A stretch of DNA of 64,000 nt, taken from positions 3,538 through 67,537 of the forward strand of contig JAMWCF010000001.1 in NCBI GenBank assembly GCA_023818695.1. Reading direction: 5' to 3'. Positions 39,310 to 49,290 of this stretch are shown piece by piece. The stretch is from Candidatus Omnitrophota bacterium. GTDB lineage: Bacteria > Omnitrophota > Gorgyraeia > 1-14-0-20-64-10. The notes beneath the pieces are model-generated. The model made no database searches. It was given only the letters and a program-made list of their open reading frames with translations, and was not told the origin of the DNA. Position numbers and translations under genes: made by a program. Each line of letters begins with the position of its first letter. Positions within the stretch are counted from its first letter, which is position 1.

Positions 39310-41631
39310 ATGCGATACGGCATGTTCCTTCGTCCCAATCTGCGCCATTCTTTCTTGCGGGCCGCACTCTGTCTCGTCCTCTCCGTCCTTCTCGCTGTCC
39401 CGGTTTGGTGCGAGGAAGGGGAATTCAAGGTGACGGCCGTGGAGGTGGAAGGCAACACCATTGTGTCTTCCGGAACGATTCTTTCGAAGATCAAAACACG
39501 GCCCGGAGACACCATCCGCCAGGCAGAGGTGGATGAGGATATCAAACGTCTTTATGCCACCGGGTTCTTTATTGATGTTTCCGCCGAGACGCGTTCCTAC
39601 CAGGACGGGCAGTTGATCCGCTTCCGGGTGAAGGAGCGGCCGCTGGTTTCCAGCATCGTGATCACGGGCAACCGCCATTTTAGGGAGAATAAGATCCGGG
39701 AGGAACTGGGGACGAAGGAGCAGGAGTTGTTGGACCGCAGGCAGTTGAAGGAGGACCTGGACAAGATCCGCCAGCTCTACCGAACGAAGGGGTTCTACCT
39801 GGCGGACATCAGCTCGGATGTCAAGATAGACGAGGCGACCAACAGGGCCACCGTTTTCATCACCGTAACGGAAGGGAAGAAAATCCGCGTCAGGAGGATT
39901 CGGTTCAGCGGCAACGAACATATCTCCAGCAAGCGTTTGCGCAAGGCGATGTCCACGAAGCAGGGATGGTGGTTCACGGCCGGCTATTACCGTCCCGAAG
40001 TCCTGGAGGATGACGAAGAGCGGCTGAAGGCACTTTACCGGTCGGAGGGCTACAGCGACGTTCGGGTGGATTCCTCCGTGCAGTTTGACGAAAAGAGAAG
40101 ATGGCTGACGGTCTCGATCATCGTTGAAGAGGGCCCCCTTTACCTCGTCGGCAACGTCCTCTTCCGCGGGGTTTCCCAGCTGCCGGAGGGGGAGCTGGCG
40201 GAGAAGCTCAAACTCCGGGCGGAGGAGCCGTTCAGCCAGGACCGTTTGGCGGAAGACGTGGCGATGGTTCAATCGGCCTATTTTGCAAAGGGATTCATGG
40301 CCGCTTCCGTGGATCCGACGACTGCCTTGAACCCTGCGACGAACCGGGTGGATGTGACCCTGCAGGTGGAGGAAGGAGCGATTTATTACGTGGGGGAGGT
40401 CTTGATCCGCGGGAACACCAAAACGCGGGATACGGTAATTCGAAGGGAATTGCTGGTTTCCCCCGGAGAGCGCTTTGACGGGGACCGCTTGAGGCGTTCC
40501 AAGGAGCGGCTTTACAACCTGGGATATTTCGAGGAGGTGACGCTGGAAACGGTGCCGTCTGAGGAACCGCAGATGCGGGACTTGGTGGTCTCCGTCAAAG
40601 AGAGCAAGACAGGCGAGTTTTCGTTTGGCGGCGGGTTCAGCTCGGTTGACAGCTTCATCGGTTTTGCGGAGATCACCCAGCGCAACTTTGATCTCTTCAA
40701 CTGGCCGACCTTTACAGGGGGCGGGCAGGAGCTCAAGTTCAGCGTTTTACTCGGGACGACCCGGAAGGATTTCGAGCTTTCGTTCACGGAACCGTGGGTG
40801 TTCGACTACCCCTATCTGTTCGGTTTCGACCTTTTCCAGACAAGCCGGATTGAGGCGGAAGGGTACAGCTTTGATTTGAGGCGGCGCGGCGGCGACCTGC
40901 GGCTCGGCAAACGGCTCGGAGATTTCGACAAGCTGGCGTTCCTCTACCGCTTGGAGCGCGTGGAGGTTTCCAATGTGGCCGACACGGCGTCGGCGCCCCT
41001 TTTGGCCGAGGTGGGGACCAACACGATTTCCGCCATCCGACTGGCTTATACCCGGGATATCCGGGACAATGTTTTCAACCCGACAAGCGGCTATCTTTTC
41101 TCCACAAACGCGGAGGTCGCGGGTTCGGTCTTGGGCGGCGACAAGGATTTCTGGAGGTGGACGGGGACGGCCTCTTATGATGTGGAGCCGTTTATCGACA
41201 ACCAGGTCCTGGAACTGCGCGCCAATCTGGGGATCGTCAACGAGTACGGTGATTCCGATGCTGTCCCGATCTTTGAGCGGTTTTTCGCTGGAGGGGCGGA
41301 CAGCATCCGGGGTTACCAGGAGCGCCGGGTGGGTCCGAAGGATGTCGTGACAAACGATCCGGTCGGCGGCGAGGCGCTGGCCGTCTTCAATGCGGAGTAC
41401 ACGGTCCCGTTCGCTGATTTTCTGAAGGGCGCGATCTTCTACGATGTCGGCAACGTATGGGCGGATATGGAGGATTTCGGGTCGGAGGGTTTTAAGTCGG
41501 GGGCGGGAGCGGGTGTTCGGGTAAAAACTCCTTTCGGGCCTGTCAAACTTGATTACGGGTTTCCGATCAATCCGGACAAGGGCGAGCGAAAGACAGGCCG
41601 GGTGCATTTTTCCGCGAGCAGAAGCTTCTAA
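39310..41631 (+). CDS. bamA: Outer membrane protein assembly factor BamA (Omp85)
   Basis: Signal peptide, multiple POTRA repeats, C-terminal beta-barrel ending ...VHFSASRSF. Confidence 0.88.
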   Translation: MRYGMFLRPNLRHSFLRAALCLVLSVLLAVPVWCEEGEFKVTAVEVEGNTIVSSGTILSKIKTRPGDTIRQAEVDEDIKRLYATGFFIDVSAETRSYQDGQLIRFRVKERPLVSSIVITGNRHFRENKIREELGTKEQELLDRRQLKEDLDKIRQLYRTKGFYLADISSDVKIDEATNRATVFITVTEGKKIRVRRIRFSGNEHISSKRLRKAMSTKQGWWFTAGYYRPEVLEDDEERLKALYRSEGYSDVRVDSSVQFDEKRRWLTVSIIVEEGPLYLVGNVLFRGVSQLPEGELAEKLKLRAEEPFSQDRLAEDVAMVQSAYFAKGFMAASVDPTTALNPATNRVDVTLQVEEGAIYYVGEVLIRGNTKTRDTVIRRELLVSPGERFDGDRLRRSKERLYNLGYFEEVTLETVPSEEPQMRDLVVSVKESKTGEFSFGGGFSSVDSFIGFAEITQRNFDLFNWPTFTGGGQELKFSVLLGTTRKDFELSFTEPWVFDYPYLFGFDLFQTSRIEAEGYSFDLRRRGGDLRLGKRLGDFDKLAFLYRLERVEVSNVADTASAPLLAEVGTNTISAIRLAYTRDIRDNVFNPTSGYLFSTNAEVAGSVLGGDKDFWRWTGTASYDVEPFIDNQVLELRANLGIVNEYGDSDAVPIFERFFAGGADSIRGYQERRVGPKDVVTNDPVGGEALAVFNAEYTVPFADFLKGAIFYDVGNVWADMEDFGSEGFKSGAGAGVRVKTPFGPVKLDYGFPINPDKGERKTGRVHFSASRSF

Positions 41632-41657
41632 ACAACCTCTCTATTTCAGGTGCGGCG

Positions 41658-42197
41658 ATGAAAACAAACAAAACTTATCTCGCGTTTCTCCTCTTTTTTC
41701 TGGTCTTTTCGGCCGGGGTTCCGTTGTTGGCGGCGGAAGGGGGAGGTTCGGTCGGCAAGGTGGGCATTGTGCGCTTGAGCAAGGTTTTCGACGAATATGA
41801 GCAGACGAAAAGCTCTGAAAGCGCTCTGGAGGACATCTCCAACGCGAAACAGAGCGAGAGGGAGCGGATGGTCATCGAGATCCGGAACATGAGGGATGAG
41901 CTGCTCCTGCTCAATCAGCAGGGCCGGGCCGAGAAACAGAAGGAGATCGAGGAGAAGATGAAAAGTCTGGCTTTGTTCGAGCGCCAGGCCAAAGAGGAGC
42001 TTCAGAAGAAAAGAGAGGAATCCCTCCGCCTGATTTTTGAGCAGATTGAAGGGGTTGTCACCGAATATGCCCGGCAGAACGGTTTCCAGATGATTCTGTC
42101 GGACCGGGCTGTTTTGTACGGCGAGGATTACCTGGACGTGACGGAAGACGTGATCCGGGTCTTGAACAGCCGTCCGACGGCGACGGCAAAACGGTAA
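41658..42197 (+). CDS. skp: OmpH/Skp periplasmic chaperone
   Basis: Signal peptide plus long coiled-coil OmpH-like region; conserved position between bamA and lpxD. Confidence 0.8.
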   Translation: MKTNKTYLAFLLFFLVFSAGVPLLAAEGGGSVGKVGIVRLSKVFDEYEQTKSSESALEDISNAKQSERERMVIEIRNMRDELLLLNQQGRAEKQKEIEEKMKSLALFERQAKEELQKKREESLRLIFEQIEGVVTEYARQNGFQMILSDRAVLYGEDYLDVTEDVIRVLNSRPTATAKR

Positions 42198-42208
42198 CAG
42201 ATTTCTCT

Positions 42209-43303
42209 ATGGTGCTCAAAAAGGGCAGAAAAGCAGGCGCGACGAGGGCCGTTTCAGCCCGGCGTTTGAAGGAGTTGGCAAGGCTGGTTTCCGGCGAGGT
42301 TGTCGGCGACGGCAACACCCTGATCACCGGGATCTGTGGGATCAAAGAAGCCCGTGCCGGAGACATCACCTTCATTGCCAACTCCAAGTACCAGCATCTG
42401 CTGCAAACGACGCAGGCCTCGGCGGTCATCACCTCCCGCGATGTGCAGACCGCCCCGAAGCCGATCATCCGGACCGACAATCCGTCCCTGGCTTTTTCAA
42501 AGCTTGTTTCTCACTTCGTTCCCTCGGTCCAGAAGCATCCTTCCGGGGTCAGCCCGAGGGCTTTCATCGGCAAGGGGGTCCGTGTGGGCAAGGGGGCGGC
42601 GGTTGGCCCGTTTGCCGTCGTGGAAGAAGGGGCCAGCATTGGGGACAGGACGGTTGTGTACGCCGGCGCCTACATCGGAAGGGACGCCTCTGTCGGCAAC
42701 GACTGCCTGATTTATCCCCACGTCACCATCCGTGAGAGGGTGGAGATAGGCCACCGGGTCATCGTCCATTCCGGTAGCGTCATCGGCTCCGACGGGTTCG
42801 GGTTCGCCACGGTGCAGGGGGTCCACCATAAAATCCCGCAGATCGGCACAGTCATCGTGGAGGACGATGTGGAGATCGGAGCCAACGTGACCATCGACCG
42901 GGCCCGCTTCGGCAAGACCCTCATCGGCAGGGGGACAAAGATTGACAACCTGGTCCAGATTGCCCACAACGTGATCGTGGGACCCAACAGCATCCTGGTT
43001 TCCCAGTCGGGCATTTCCGGGTCGACCGTTCTGGGCAGCAACGTTGTCTTGGCCGGACAGGCCGGTTTGGTGGGCCATATCACCATCGGCGACAACGTGA
43101 TGGTGGGAGGGCAGTCCGGTGTCACGAAATCGGTTCCTCCTAACACCCACGTGTGGGGGATTCCCGCCAAGCCTTTGGCGAAGGCCAAGCGGATCAACGC
43201 GGTGGTGCAGCGCTTACCCGAACTTCATAAGACGGTTGAAATGTTGGAGCAGCGGATAGAAGAACTGGAAAGGGAACGTGGAAGAAAGTCAGTCCCCCCC
43301 TAA
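42209..43303 (+). CDS. lpxD: UDP-3-O-acylglucosamine N-acyltransferase LpxD
   Basis: N-terminal LpxD domain ([20 protein letters not shown]) followed by left-handed beta-helix repeats. Confidence 0.88.
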   Translation: MVLKKGRKAGATRAVSARRLKELARLVSGEVVGDGNTLITGICGIKEARAGDITFIANSKYQHLLQTTQASAVITSRDVQTAPKPIIRTDNPSLAFSKLVSHFVPSVQKHPSGVSPRAFIGKGVRVGKGAAVGPFAVVEEGASIGDRTVVYAGAYIGRDASVGNDCLIYPHVTIRERVEIGHRVIVHSGSVIGSDGFGFATVQGVHHKIPQIGTVIVEDDVEIGANVTIDRARFGKTLIGRGTKIDNLVQIAHNVIVGPNSILVSQSGISGSTVLGSNVVLAGQAGLVGHITIGDNVMVGGQSGVTKSVPPNTHVWGIPAKPLAKAKRINAVVQRLPELHKTVEMLEQRIEELERERGRKSVPP

Positions 43304-44627
43304 ACAGCAGACCATCAAGCGTCCGGTCCGGATCGAGGGGGTGGGCCTTCATACCGGGTGTTCGGTCAGGGCCGAGTTCAGGCCGGCTCCGCCGGATTCG
43401 GGGATCCTCTTCCAGAGGACCGATCTGGCCGGAACAGGGCCGATCCGGGCTTCCGTGTCCGCGATCCTGGACGCGAGTCGGCGTCTGCGCCGCACATCCA
43501 TCGGGAACTCCGCCGTGGAGGTCCATACAATCGAGCACCTGATGGCCAGCTGCGTCGGCCTCGGGATCGACAACCTGCTGGTGGAACTCAATAACGAGGA
43601 AGTCCCAGGACTGGACGGTTCCGCCTATCCGTTCCTGGAGATCTTCAAGCAGGCGGGCCTCCAGGAGCAGAACGCGGCCAAGAAGATGATCCAGATCCGG
43701 GAGCCGGTCTGGGTGGAGGATGAGGCGGCCGTTGTGGCGGTTTTCCCCAGTGAGACGTTCCGCGTTTCGTATACCTTGAGCTACCCCGTTCCCGGCCTGA
43801 CGGCCCAGTTCTTCTCGGCCAGCGTCACGCCGCAGCTTTTTGAAACCGACCTAGCTCCCTCCAGAACCTTTTGCCTGGCCCAGGAGGTGGAGGCATTGAG
43901 GAAGATTGGTCTTGGCAAGGGGGCCAATTATGAAAATACCGTTGTGGTCGACAACACCGGCCGGGTCGTCAACAACCACCTGCGGTATCCGGATGAATTC
44001 GTGCGTCATAAGGTGATTGATCTGATCGGCGACATGTATCTTCTGGGCAGGCCCCTGCAGGGACATGTGCTGGCTTTCCGGTCGGGCCATGCCTTGAACT
44101 TGAAGCTGATCCATAAGATCCAGCAGACGCTGGATCGGGGTCGGGAGAGCGGCATCAAGGCCCAGTACATCGAGCCGGAGGCCTCCTCGCTTGACATCCT
44201 TGCGATCGAGAGAATTCTGCCTCACCGCTACCCCTTCCTGCTGGTGGACAAGGTGACGGAGATTGTTCCGGACAAACGGGCCTCCGGCGTCAAGAATGTC
44301 ACCATCAACGAGCAGTTTTTCACAGGCCATTTCCCGAAGCGTCCTGTCATGCCAGGCGTTCTCATCATCGAGGCGCTGGCGCAGCTTTCCGGCCTGCTCC
44401 TCCTGAATAAACCGGAGAATCTCGGCAAGTACGCCTATTTCATTGCGATGGACAATGTTCGGTTCCGGCGGACCGTCTTGCCGGGAGATACCCTTCATCT
44501 GGAGACGGAGGTCCTCAAGCTCCGGACGAAAACCGGACAGATGAGGACCCGGGCCCTCGTCGATGGAAAGGTCGCCGCCGAGGCGGATCTGATGTTTGCC
44601 CTTTTAGAGGGGGATGAGAAGCTGTAG
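43278..44627 (+). CDS. lpxC: Bifunctional UDP-3-O-acyl-GlcNAc deacetylase / 3-hydroxyacyl-ACP dehydratase (LpxC-FabZ fusion)
   Basis: GTG start; N-terminal LpxC ([16 protein letters not shown]...HALN) fused to C-terminal FabZ hot-dog domain ([13 protein letters not shown]...FTGHFP). Confidence 0.88.
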   Translation: MEESQSPPKQQTIKRPVRIEGVGLHTGCSVRAEFRPAPPDSGILFQRTDLAGTGPIRASVSAILDASRRLRRTSIGNSAVEVHTIEHLMASCVGLGIDNLLVELNNEEVPGLDGSAYPFLEIFKQAGLQEQNAAKKMIQIREPVWVEDEAAVVAVFPSETFRVSYTLSYPVPGLTAQFFSASVTPQLFETDLAPSRTFCLAQEVEALRKIGLGKGANYENTVVVDNTGRVVNNHLRYPDEFVRHKVIDLIGDMYLLGRPLQGHVLAFRSGHALNLKLIHKIQQTLDRGRESGIKAQYIEPEASSLDILAIERILPHRYPFLLVDKVTEIVPDKRASGVKNVTINEQFFTGHFPKRPVMPGVLIIEALAQLSGLLLLNKPENLGKYAYFIAMDNVRFRRTVLPGDTLHLETEVLKLRTKTGQMRTRALVDGKVAAEADLMFALLEGDEKL

Positions 44628-44639
44628 GCAGAAGGGAAA

Positions 44640-45443
44640 ATGGCCAAATTAGGGCTCATTGCCGGCAACAGGGCATTCCCCATCCATGTCGCCAGGGCGG
44701 CGAAGGGGCAGGGGTACGAGGTGGTGGCGATCGGCTTGAAGGAGGAGACGGTCTCCTCCCTGGAGTCGGAGGTTCAGCGGATGTATTGGCTGACCCTGGA
44801 CAAAATTGGTCAGGTTCCGGAAATTCTGAAAGAAGAAGGAATCAAGGAGCTGATCCTGGCCGGGCAGATCAAGCCGGAGAGATTGCTCCAAGGGGACGGC
44901 CGTTTTGAGGGACCGGCGCAGCAGCTGTTGAGGATGATGCCGGACCGTTCCGGGGCCTCCGCGATGAAGCTGGCCGTCCACTATCTGGAATCCCAGGGGT
45001 TCCGCGTCCTGGATTCCAGTCATTTCCTGAAGGAATGGATCCCCTCTGCCGGCCTCTTGACGCGCAGGACGCCGACCGATGAGGAGCAGGCGGACGTTGC
45101 CTACGGGATCCCTCTGGCCAGGGATTTGAACCGCTTGGGGATCGGCCAGACGCTGGTGATCCGGCGCAAGGCGGTCGTGGCCGTTGAGGGGATGGAGGGG
45201 ACGGACGCCGCCGTCCGCAGGGCCGGCCAGGTGGCGGGTACCGGCTGCGTGGTCGTCAAGGCATGCGGACCGCAGCACGACATGCGGTTCGACATCCCGG
45301 TGGTCGGTTCAGAAACGTTGAAAGCCATGAAAGAGGCAGGCGCCTCCTGCATCGGCGTGGAGGCTAAGCGGACCCTCCTGTTTGAGAAGCCGCAGCTGAT
45401 CCGGTTCGCGGACGAGACCGGCCTTTCCATCATCGCTGTTTAG
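44640..45443 (+). CDS. lpxI: Putative UDP-2,3-diacylglucosamine hydrolase LpxI (DUF1009 family)
   Basis: N-terminal LGLIAGNRAFP motif and ~270-aa size fit the LpxI family as recalled; lies in the lipid A cluster. Confidence 0.6.
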   Translation: MAKLGLIAGNRAFPIHVARAAKGQGYEVVAIGLKEETVSSLESEVQRMYWLTLDKIGQVPEILKEEGIKELILAGQIKPERLLQGDGRFEGPAQQLLRMMPDRSGASAMKLAVHYLESQGFRVLDSSHFLKEWIPSAGLLTRRTPTDEEQADVAYGIPLARDLNRLGIGQTLVIRRKAVVAVEGMEGTDAAVRRAGQVAGTGCVVVKACGPQHDMRFDIPVVGSETLKAMKEAGASCIGVEAKRTLLFEKPQLIRFADETGLSIIAV

Positions 45444-45446
45444 TCC

Positions 45447-47150
45447 ATGAATCTCCGAATCGCTCTTGCGCAGATCAACGTGACGGTCGGCGACTTCCCC
45501 GGCAATGAGGCGAAGATAACGGAATCCTTTGCCGAGGCCCGGAGGAAAGGAGCCGATCTGGTTGTCTTTCCGGAGCTGGCTGTCACCGGCTATCCGCCCG
45601 AAGACCTCCTTTTCAAAAAGGCGTTCGTTCGGGCCGGTCTCCGGGCCGCAGACCGGCTGGTGAAGCGGTGCGACAAGGGCGTCGGTTTCATCGGTTTCGT
45701 TGATGAGGACGCGGGCGGCCGGATCTACAACGCGGCGGCAGTCTGTTTCAAAGGGACATGGGTCGGCCGGCACCGGAAGATGGAGCTGCCCAATTACGGG
45801 GTTTTCGATGAAAAGAGATATTTCACGCCGGGGTCGGCCCCTTTCCTGGCGGATTGCGTTGTCGACCCGAAACATGCCGTCCGGATCGGTGTTTCCGTCT
45901 GCGAAGACATCTGGGTGGACGGGGGGCCGACCCGCATTCAAGCGCAAAAAAGGTGCCGCATTCTGGTCAACCTGTCCGCCTCTCCCTACCATACCGGCAA
46001 GCGGCTGTCGAGAGAGCGGATGCTGATCCGCAGAGCGCGGGAGTGCACATGCTGGATTGTATACCTGAATCTCGTCGGGGGACAGGACGAGCTGGTTTTT
46101 GACGGCGGGTCGATGGTGGTCAACCCGTCAGGGAAGGTTGTCTTCCGCGCCCCCCAATTTGAGGAAGGGGTTTTCCTGACCGAGATTTCAGTTTCGCCGA
46201 CGGCGGTCCCACCTTCCCGGGAGATCCCGCAGTTGAAGCTTGGCCGGCGGCGCGGCGCCGGCCGCGCGGTGTTGAATCGCTCCGCCAAAGTCTTGGAGCC
46301 GGATGAGGAGATCTTCAAGGCGCTGGTCCTGGGGTTGAAGGATTACGTCCATAAGAATGGTTTTTCCCATGTCGTCGTGGGTTTGAGCGGCGGCATCGAT
46401 TCGGCCGTGACGGCTGCCATTGCCGTGGCCGCCCTGGGGAACCACTCGGTGACAGGGGTCTCCATGCCGTCCCGGTACTCCTCGGCGGAAACGAAGCAGG
46501 ACGCCCATGCTGTGGCCGCGTCGCTGGGGATCCAGTTCCTGGAGATCCCCATCGAAGGGATGTTGCAGGCCTCCCTGCGGAGTCTGGAGCCGGTCTTCAT
46601 GGGGCTTGAACCGAACGTCACGGAGGAGAACATCCAGGCGCGCCTGCGGGGGATGCTCCTGATGGCGCTGTCCAACAAATTCGGCTGGCTTGTACTGGCC
46701 ACAGGGAATAAATCGGAGATCTCCACCGGCTACTGCACCCTTTACGGGGACATGGTGGGCGGTTTCGCCGTCATCAAGGATGTTCCGAAGACCTGGGTTT
46801 ACCGGGTCGGCCGTTTCGCCAACAGGCATTTCGGCCGAGCCGTCATCCCGGAGTCGACGTTCAAAAGAGTCCCCACGGCCGAACTGAAGCCCGGCCAGAA
46901 AGATCAGGATATTCTGCCGCCGTACAGCCGTCTGGATTCGGTGATCCGCGCTTACGTGGAGGAGAACAAGCCGATCCAGGAAATCCGGCGGACATCGGGG
47001 TTGTCGAAGAAGGCCCTGGAGTCGGTGATTCAGATGATCGATCGGTCTGAGTACAAGCGTCGGCAAGCCCCTCTGGGGATCAAGATCACCCCGAGGGCTT
47101 ACGGCCGGGATAGAAGGATGCCTTTGACCAGTCAATTCAGGGAGTTCTGA
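45447..47150 (+). CDS. nadE: Glutamine-dependent NAD+ synthetase
   Basis: N-terminal CN-hydrolase domain plus C-terminal NAD synthetase domain with SGGIDS PP-loop. Confidence 0.9.
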   Translation: MNLRIALAQINVTVGDFPGNEAKITESFAEARRKGADLVVFPELAVTGYPPEDLLFKKAFVRAGLRAADRLVKRCDKGVGFIGFVDEDAGGRIYNAAAVCFKGTWVGRHRKMELPNYGVFDEKRYFTPGSAPFLADCVVDPKHAVRIGVSVCEDIWVDGGPTRIQAQKRCRILVNLSASPYHTGKRLSRERMLIRRARECTCWIVYLNLVGGQDELVFDGGSMVVNPSGKVVFRAPQFEEGVFLTEISVSPTAVPPSREIPQLKLGRRRGAGRAVLNRSAKVLEPDEEIFKALVLGLKDYVHKNGFSHVVVGLSGGIDSAVTAAIAVAALGNHSVTGVSMPSRYSSAETKQDAHAVAASLGIQFLEIPIEGMLQASLRSLEPVFMGLEPNVTEENIQARLRGMLLMALSNKFGWLVLATGNKSEISTGYCTLYGDMVGGFAVIKDVPKTWVYRVGRFANRHFGRAVIPESTFKRVPTAELKPGQKDQDILPPYSRLDSVIRAYVEENKPIQEIRRTSGLSKKALESVIQMIDRSEYKRRQAPLGIKITPRAYGRDRRMPLTSQFREF

Positions 47151-47827
47151 TGGAGTCGCTGCTTTTGATCGAATCGAACGGATCCTCCTTAAAGCAGGTG
47201 AAGTCCCAGTTCGTTCGCTCCGGGTTCCGTGTCGTTGTCTGCGATGCGGCCGGCCTGGAGCGTTTGGACGCGGGTAAGGAGAGGTTCCTTCTGATCGTGG
47301 CGGATGGCACCGATTCCTCCCGCCTGGCGGGAACCGTCGCGCAGGTCCGGTCCAAGCCCTTCCTGAAGGAGATTGGCCTGGTTCTACTGATCAAAGAATC
47401 ACAAATGAAGGAGCTGGGGCAGCTGACAGGGGTGGAGGATTTCCTGATCCTTCCGTGCGACCCGTCCATGGTGGAGTCGAGGGTTCGGTTTGTTCTCAAG
47501 CGGATGAACCGCTCCGCACCGGGTGAAGAGGGAATCCAGGTCGGCAAGCTGAAACTGGACATCGACCGTTACGAGGTGACACTGGACGGGGAGCCGCTGG
47601 AGCTGACCTACAAGGAATTCGAGCTCTTGAAATTTCTGGCGACCCACCCCGGCAAGGTTTTCAGCAGAGACCAGCTCTTAAACCAGGTTTGGGGCTATGA
47701 TTTCATCGGAGGGACCCGGACCGTGGATGTTCACATCCGCCGATTGAGGGCCAAGCTCGGTCCGAAATACGCTTCCTTAATAGATACCGTCCGGAACGTT
47801 GGCTACAAGTTCCTCGAAAATCTTTAA
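47150..47827 (+). CDS. Orphan OmpR-family response regulator with degenerate receiver domain (atypical, probably phosphorylation-independent)
   Basis: C-terminal winged helix LTYKEFELLKFLATHPGKVFSRDQLLNQVWGYDFIGGTRTVDVHIRRLRAKL; receiver lacks the N-terminal acidic DD pair (LLLIESNGSS) and the conserved Lys (DFLILPCDP); start overlaps the nadE stop; no histidine kinase nearby. Confidence 0.8.
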   Translation: MESLLLIESNGSSLKQVKSQFVRSGFRVVVCDAAGLERLDAGKERFLLIVADGTDSSRLAGTVAQVRSKPFLKEIGLVLLIKESQMKELGQLTGVEDFLILPCDPSMVESRVRFVLKRMNRSAPGEEGIQVGKLKLDIDRYEVTLDGEPLELTYKEFELLKFLATHPGKVFSRDQLLNQVWGYDFIGGTRTVDVHIRRLRAKLGPKYASLIDTVRNVGYKFLENL

Positions 47828-47829
47828 CC

Positions 47830-47893
47830 GTTTACACGGATTTAACATTTCTGATATTTTCGCGTAACCTTCCTCCTTAAACTGCACCAAAAC
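47830..47893 (+). promoter_or_regulatory. Array of helically phased (T/A)AAC direct repeats upstream of the porin-amt-glnK operon; contains GGATTTAACAT shared with the glnA upstream region
   Basis: gTTTACacggaTTTAACat...cGTAACc...TAAAC...AAAAC with hexamer ends at 47835/47846/47868/47882/47893 (mostly 11-bp multiples); adjacent TGCACCAaaacGGTTCA resembles an NtrC dyad. Confidence 0.35.
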
Positions 47894-47959
47894 GGTTCAA
47901 GCTTCTTTTCTTTGAGCACAGAACAGCAGGATTTCAAATTTAAGGAGGGCAGCTCCCCG

Positions 47960-49228
47960 ATGATCTTTGTGGTTCGAAGGTTCGTTTTTATGTCTTTGGC
48001 GACGGCGGTTGGTTTTTTCGCCTTTCCCGTGAGCCCGTCTGTGGCTGACGAAACAGCCGATCTCATGCAGGAGATCAAAGAGTTGAAGTCCCGCCTGGCA
48101 TCTCTGGAGAGCCGGTTGGCCAAGCAGGAGGCCAAGCCGTCTTCCGCTGCGGCCCTGAGCGCCGTGTCCGATTCGGACGTTCCGTCCTGGGTCAGGAAGG
48201 TTGATATCAGTGGTTTCGTGGATGTGTCCTATGTTTACAACTTCGATGAGCCAAAAACCACTGGTGCCAACGGTCTGCGTGTTTTTGACACCGAGCCAAA
48301 CGGTTTCCAGCCCAATGCCTTCGAGTTGGTCGTCCAGAAGCCGGTTTCCACCGACTCGCCAGTCGGCTTCCGGGCCGATCTGGATGTCGGCGAGGATGCC
48401 GAGATCGTGGGGTCGGTGACAACCGGTTTGGGGTCGACAACCGATGAAATCGATCTTCAGCAGGCCTATGTGGAGGCGCTGGTGCCTGTCGGCAGCGGGT
48501 TGAACGTGAAGGCGGGGAAATTTGTGACGCTCCACGGGGCGGAGGTCATCGAATCGAAGGACAACTGGAATTTTTCGAGGTCCTATCTCTTCGGCTACGC
48601 TATTCCCTTTACGCACACGGGTGTCCGGTTGAGCTACCCGCTTACGTCGTGGTTGACCACGACGGCCGGCGTGAGCAATGGCTGGGATGTAGTGGATGAC
48701 AACAACACCGGCAAGACGCTTGAATGGATGCTGGCGGCAACGCCGACCGCGAAAACCTCCCTCTGCGCTACTGTCATGTATGGCCCGGAGCAGACCAATG
48801 ATAACCATGACGACCGGTTTCTGCTGGATGTCGTTCTCGGCTACAACCCCTGTGAGAGATTGTCATTGAAGCTGAACTATGACTATGGGCAGGAGCATGA
48901 CGCGACAATTGAAGACCTGGAGGACGCCAGCTGGCACGGGGTGGCCGGCTACGCCCGGTACCAATTCAACGACTGGTACGCCCTGGCCCTGCGCAGCGAG
49001 TATTTCGTCGATTACGACGGCATCCGGACCGGGGTTCGCGCCGCCAACGGGGTGGGAGACGTTGGTTTGTGGGAATTAACCGTCACAAACGAATTCAAGC
49101 TGTATAAAGATCTCATCACCCGGCTGGAGTACCGTCACGATCACGCCACCAACTCGGTTTTCGCTTCCGGCGGCGGTACCGACAACACGCAAGATACGAT
49201 CAGTCTGGAAGCGATCTATCCGTTCTGA
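47960..49228 (+). CDS. Outer-membrane porin with N-terminal coiled-coil, upstream of amt
   Basis: AAGGAGGG RBS; signal peptide MIFVVRRFVFMSLATAVGFFAFPVSPSVA; coiled-coil; beta-rich body ending ...LEAIYPF (C-terminal Phe). Confidence 0.55.
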   Translation: MIFVVRRFVFMSLATAVGFFAFPVSPSVADETADLMQEIKELKSRLASLESRLAKQEAKPSSAAALSAVSDSDVPSWVRKVDISGFVDVSYVYNFDEPKTTGANGLRVFDTEPNGFQPNAFELVVQKPVSTDSPVGFRADLDVGEDAEIVGSVTTGLGSTTDEIDLQQAYVEALVPVGSGLNVKAGKFVTLHGAEVIESKDNWNFSRSYLFGYAIPFTHTGVRLSYPLTSWLTTTAGVSNGWDVVDDNNTGKTLEWMLAATPTAKTSLCATVMYGPEQTNDNHDDRFLLDVVLGYNPCERLSLKLNYDYGQEHDATIEDLEDASWHGVAGYARYQFNDWYALALRSEYFVDYDGIRTGVRAANGVGDVGLWELTVTNEFKLYKDLITRLEYRHDHATNSVFASGGGTDNTQDTISLEAIYPF

Positions 49229-49290
49229 ATTTTTGATTCGAAGGGTAACAGCGATAGAATGAGTCACATGACGAAGGGAGGATTTTTGAA

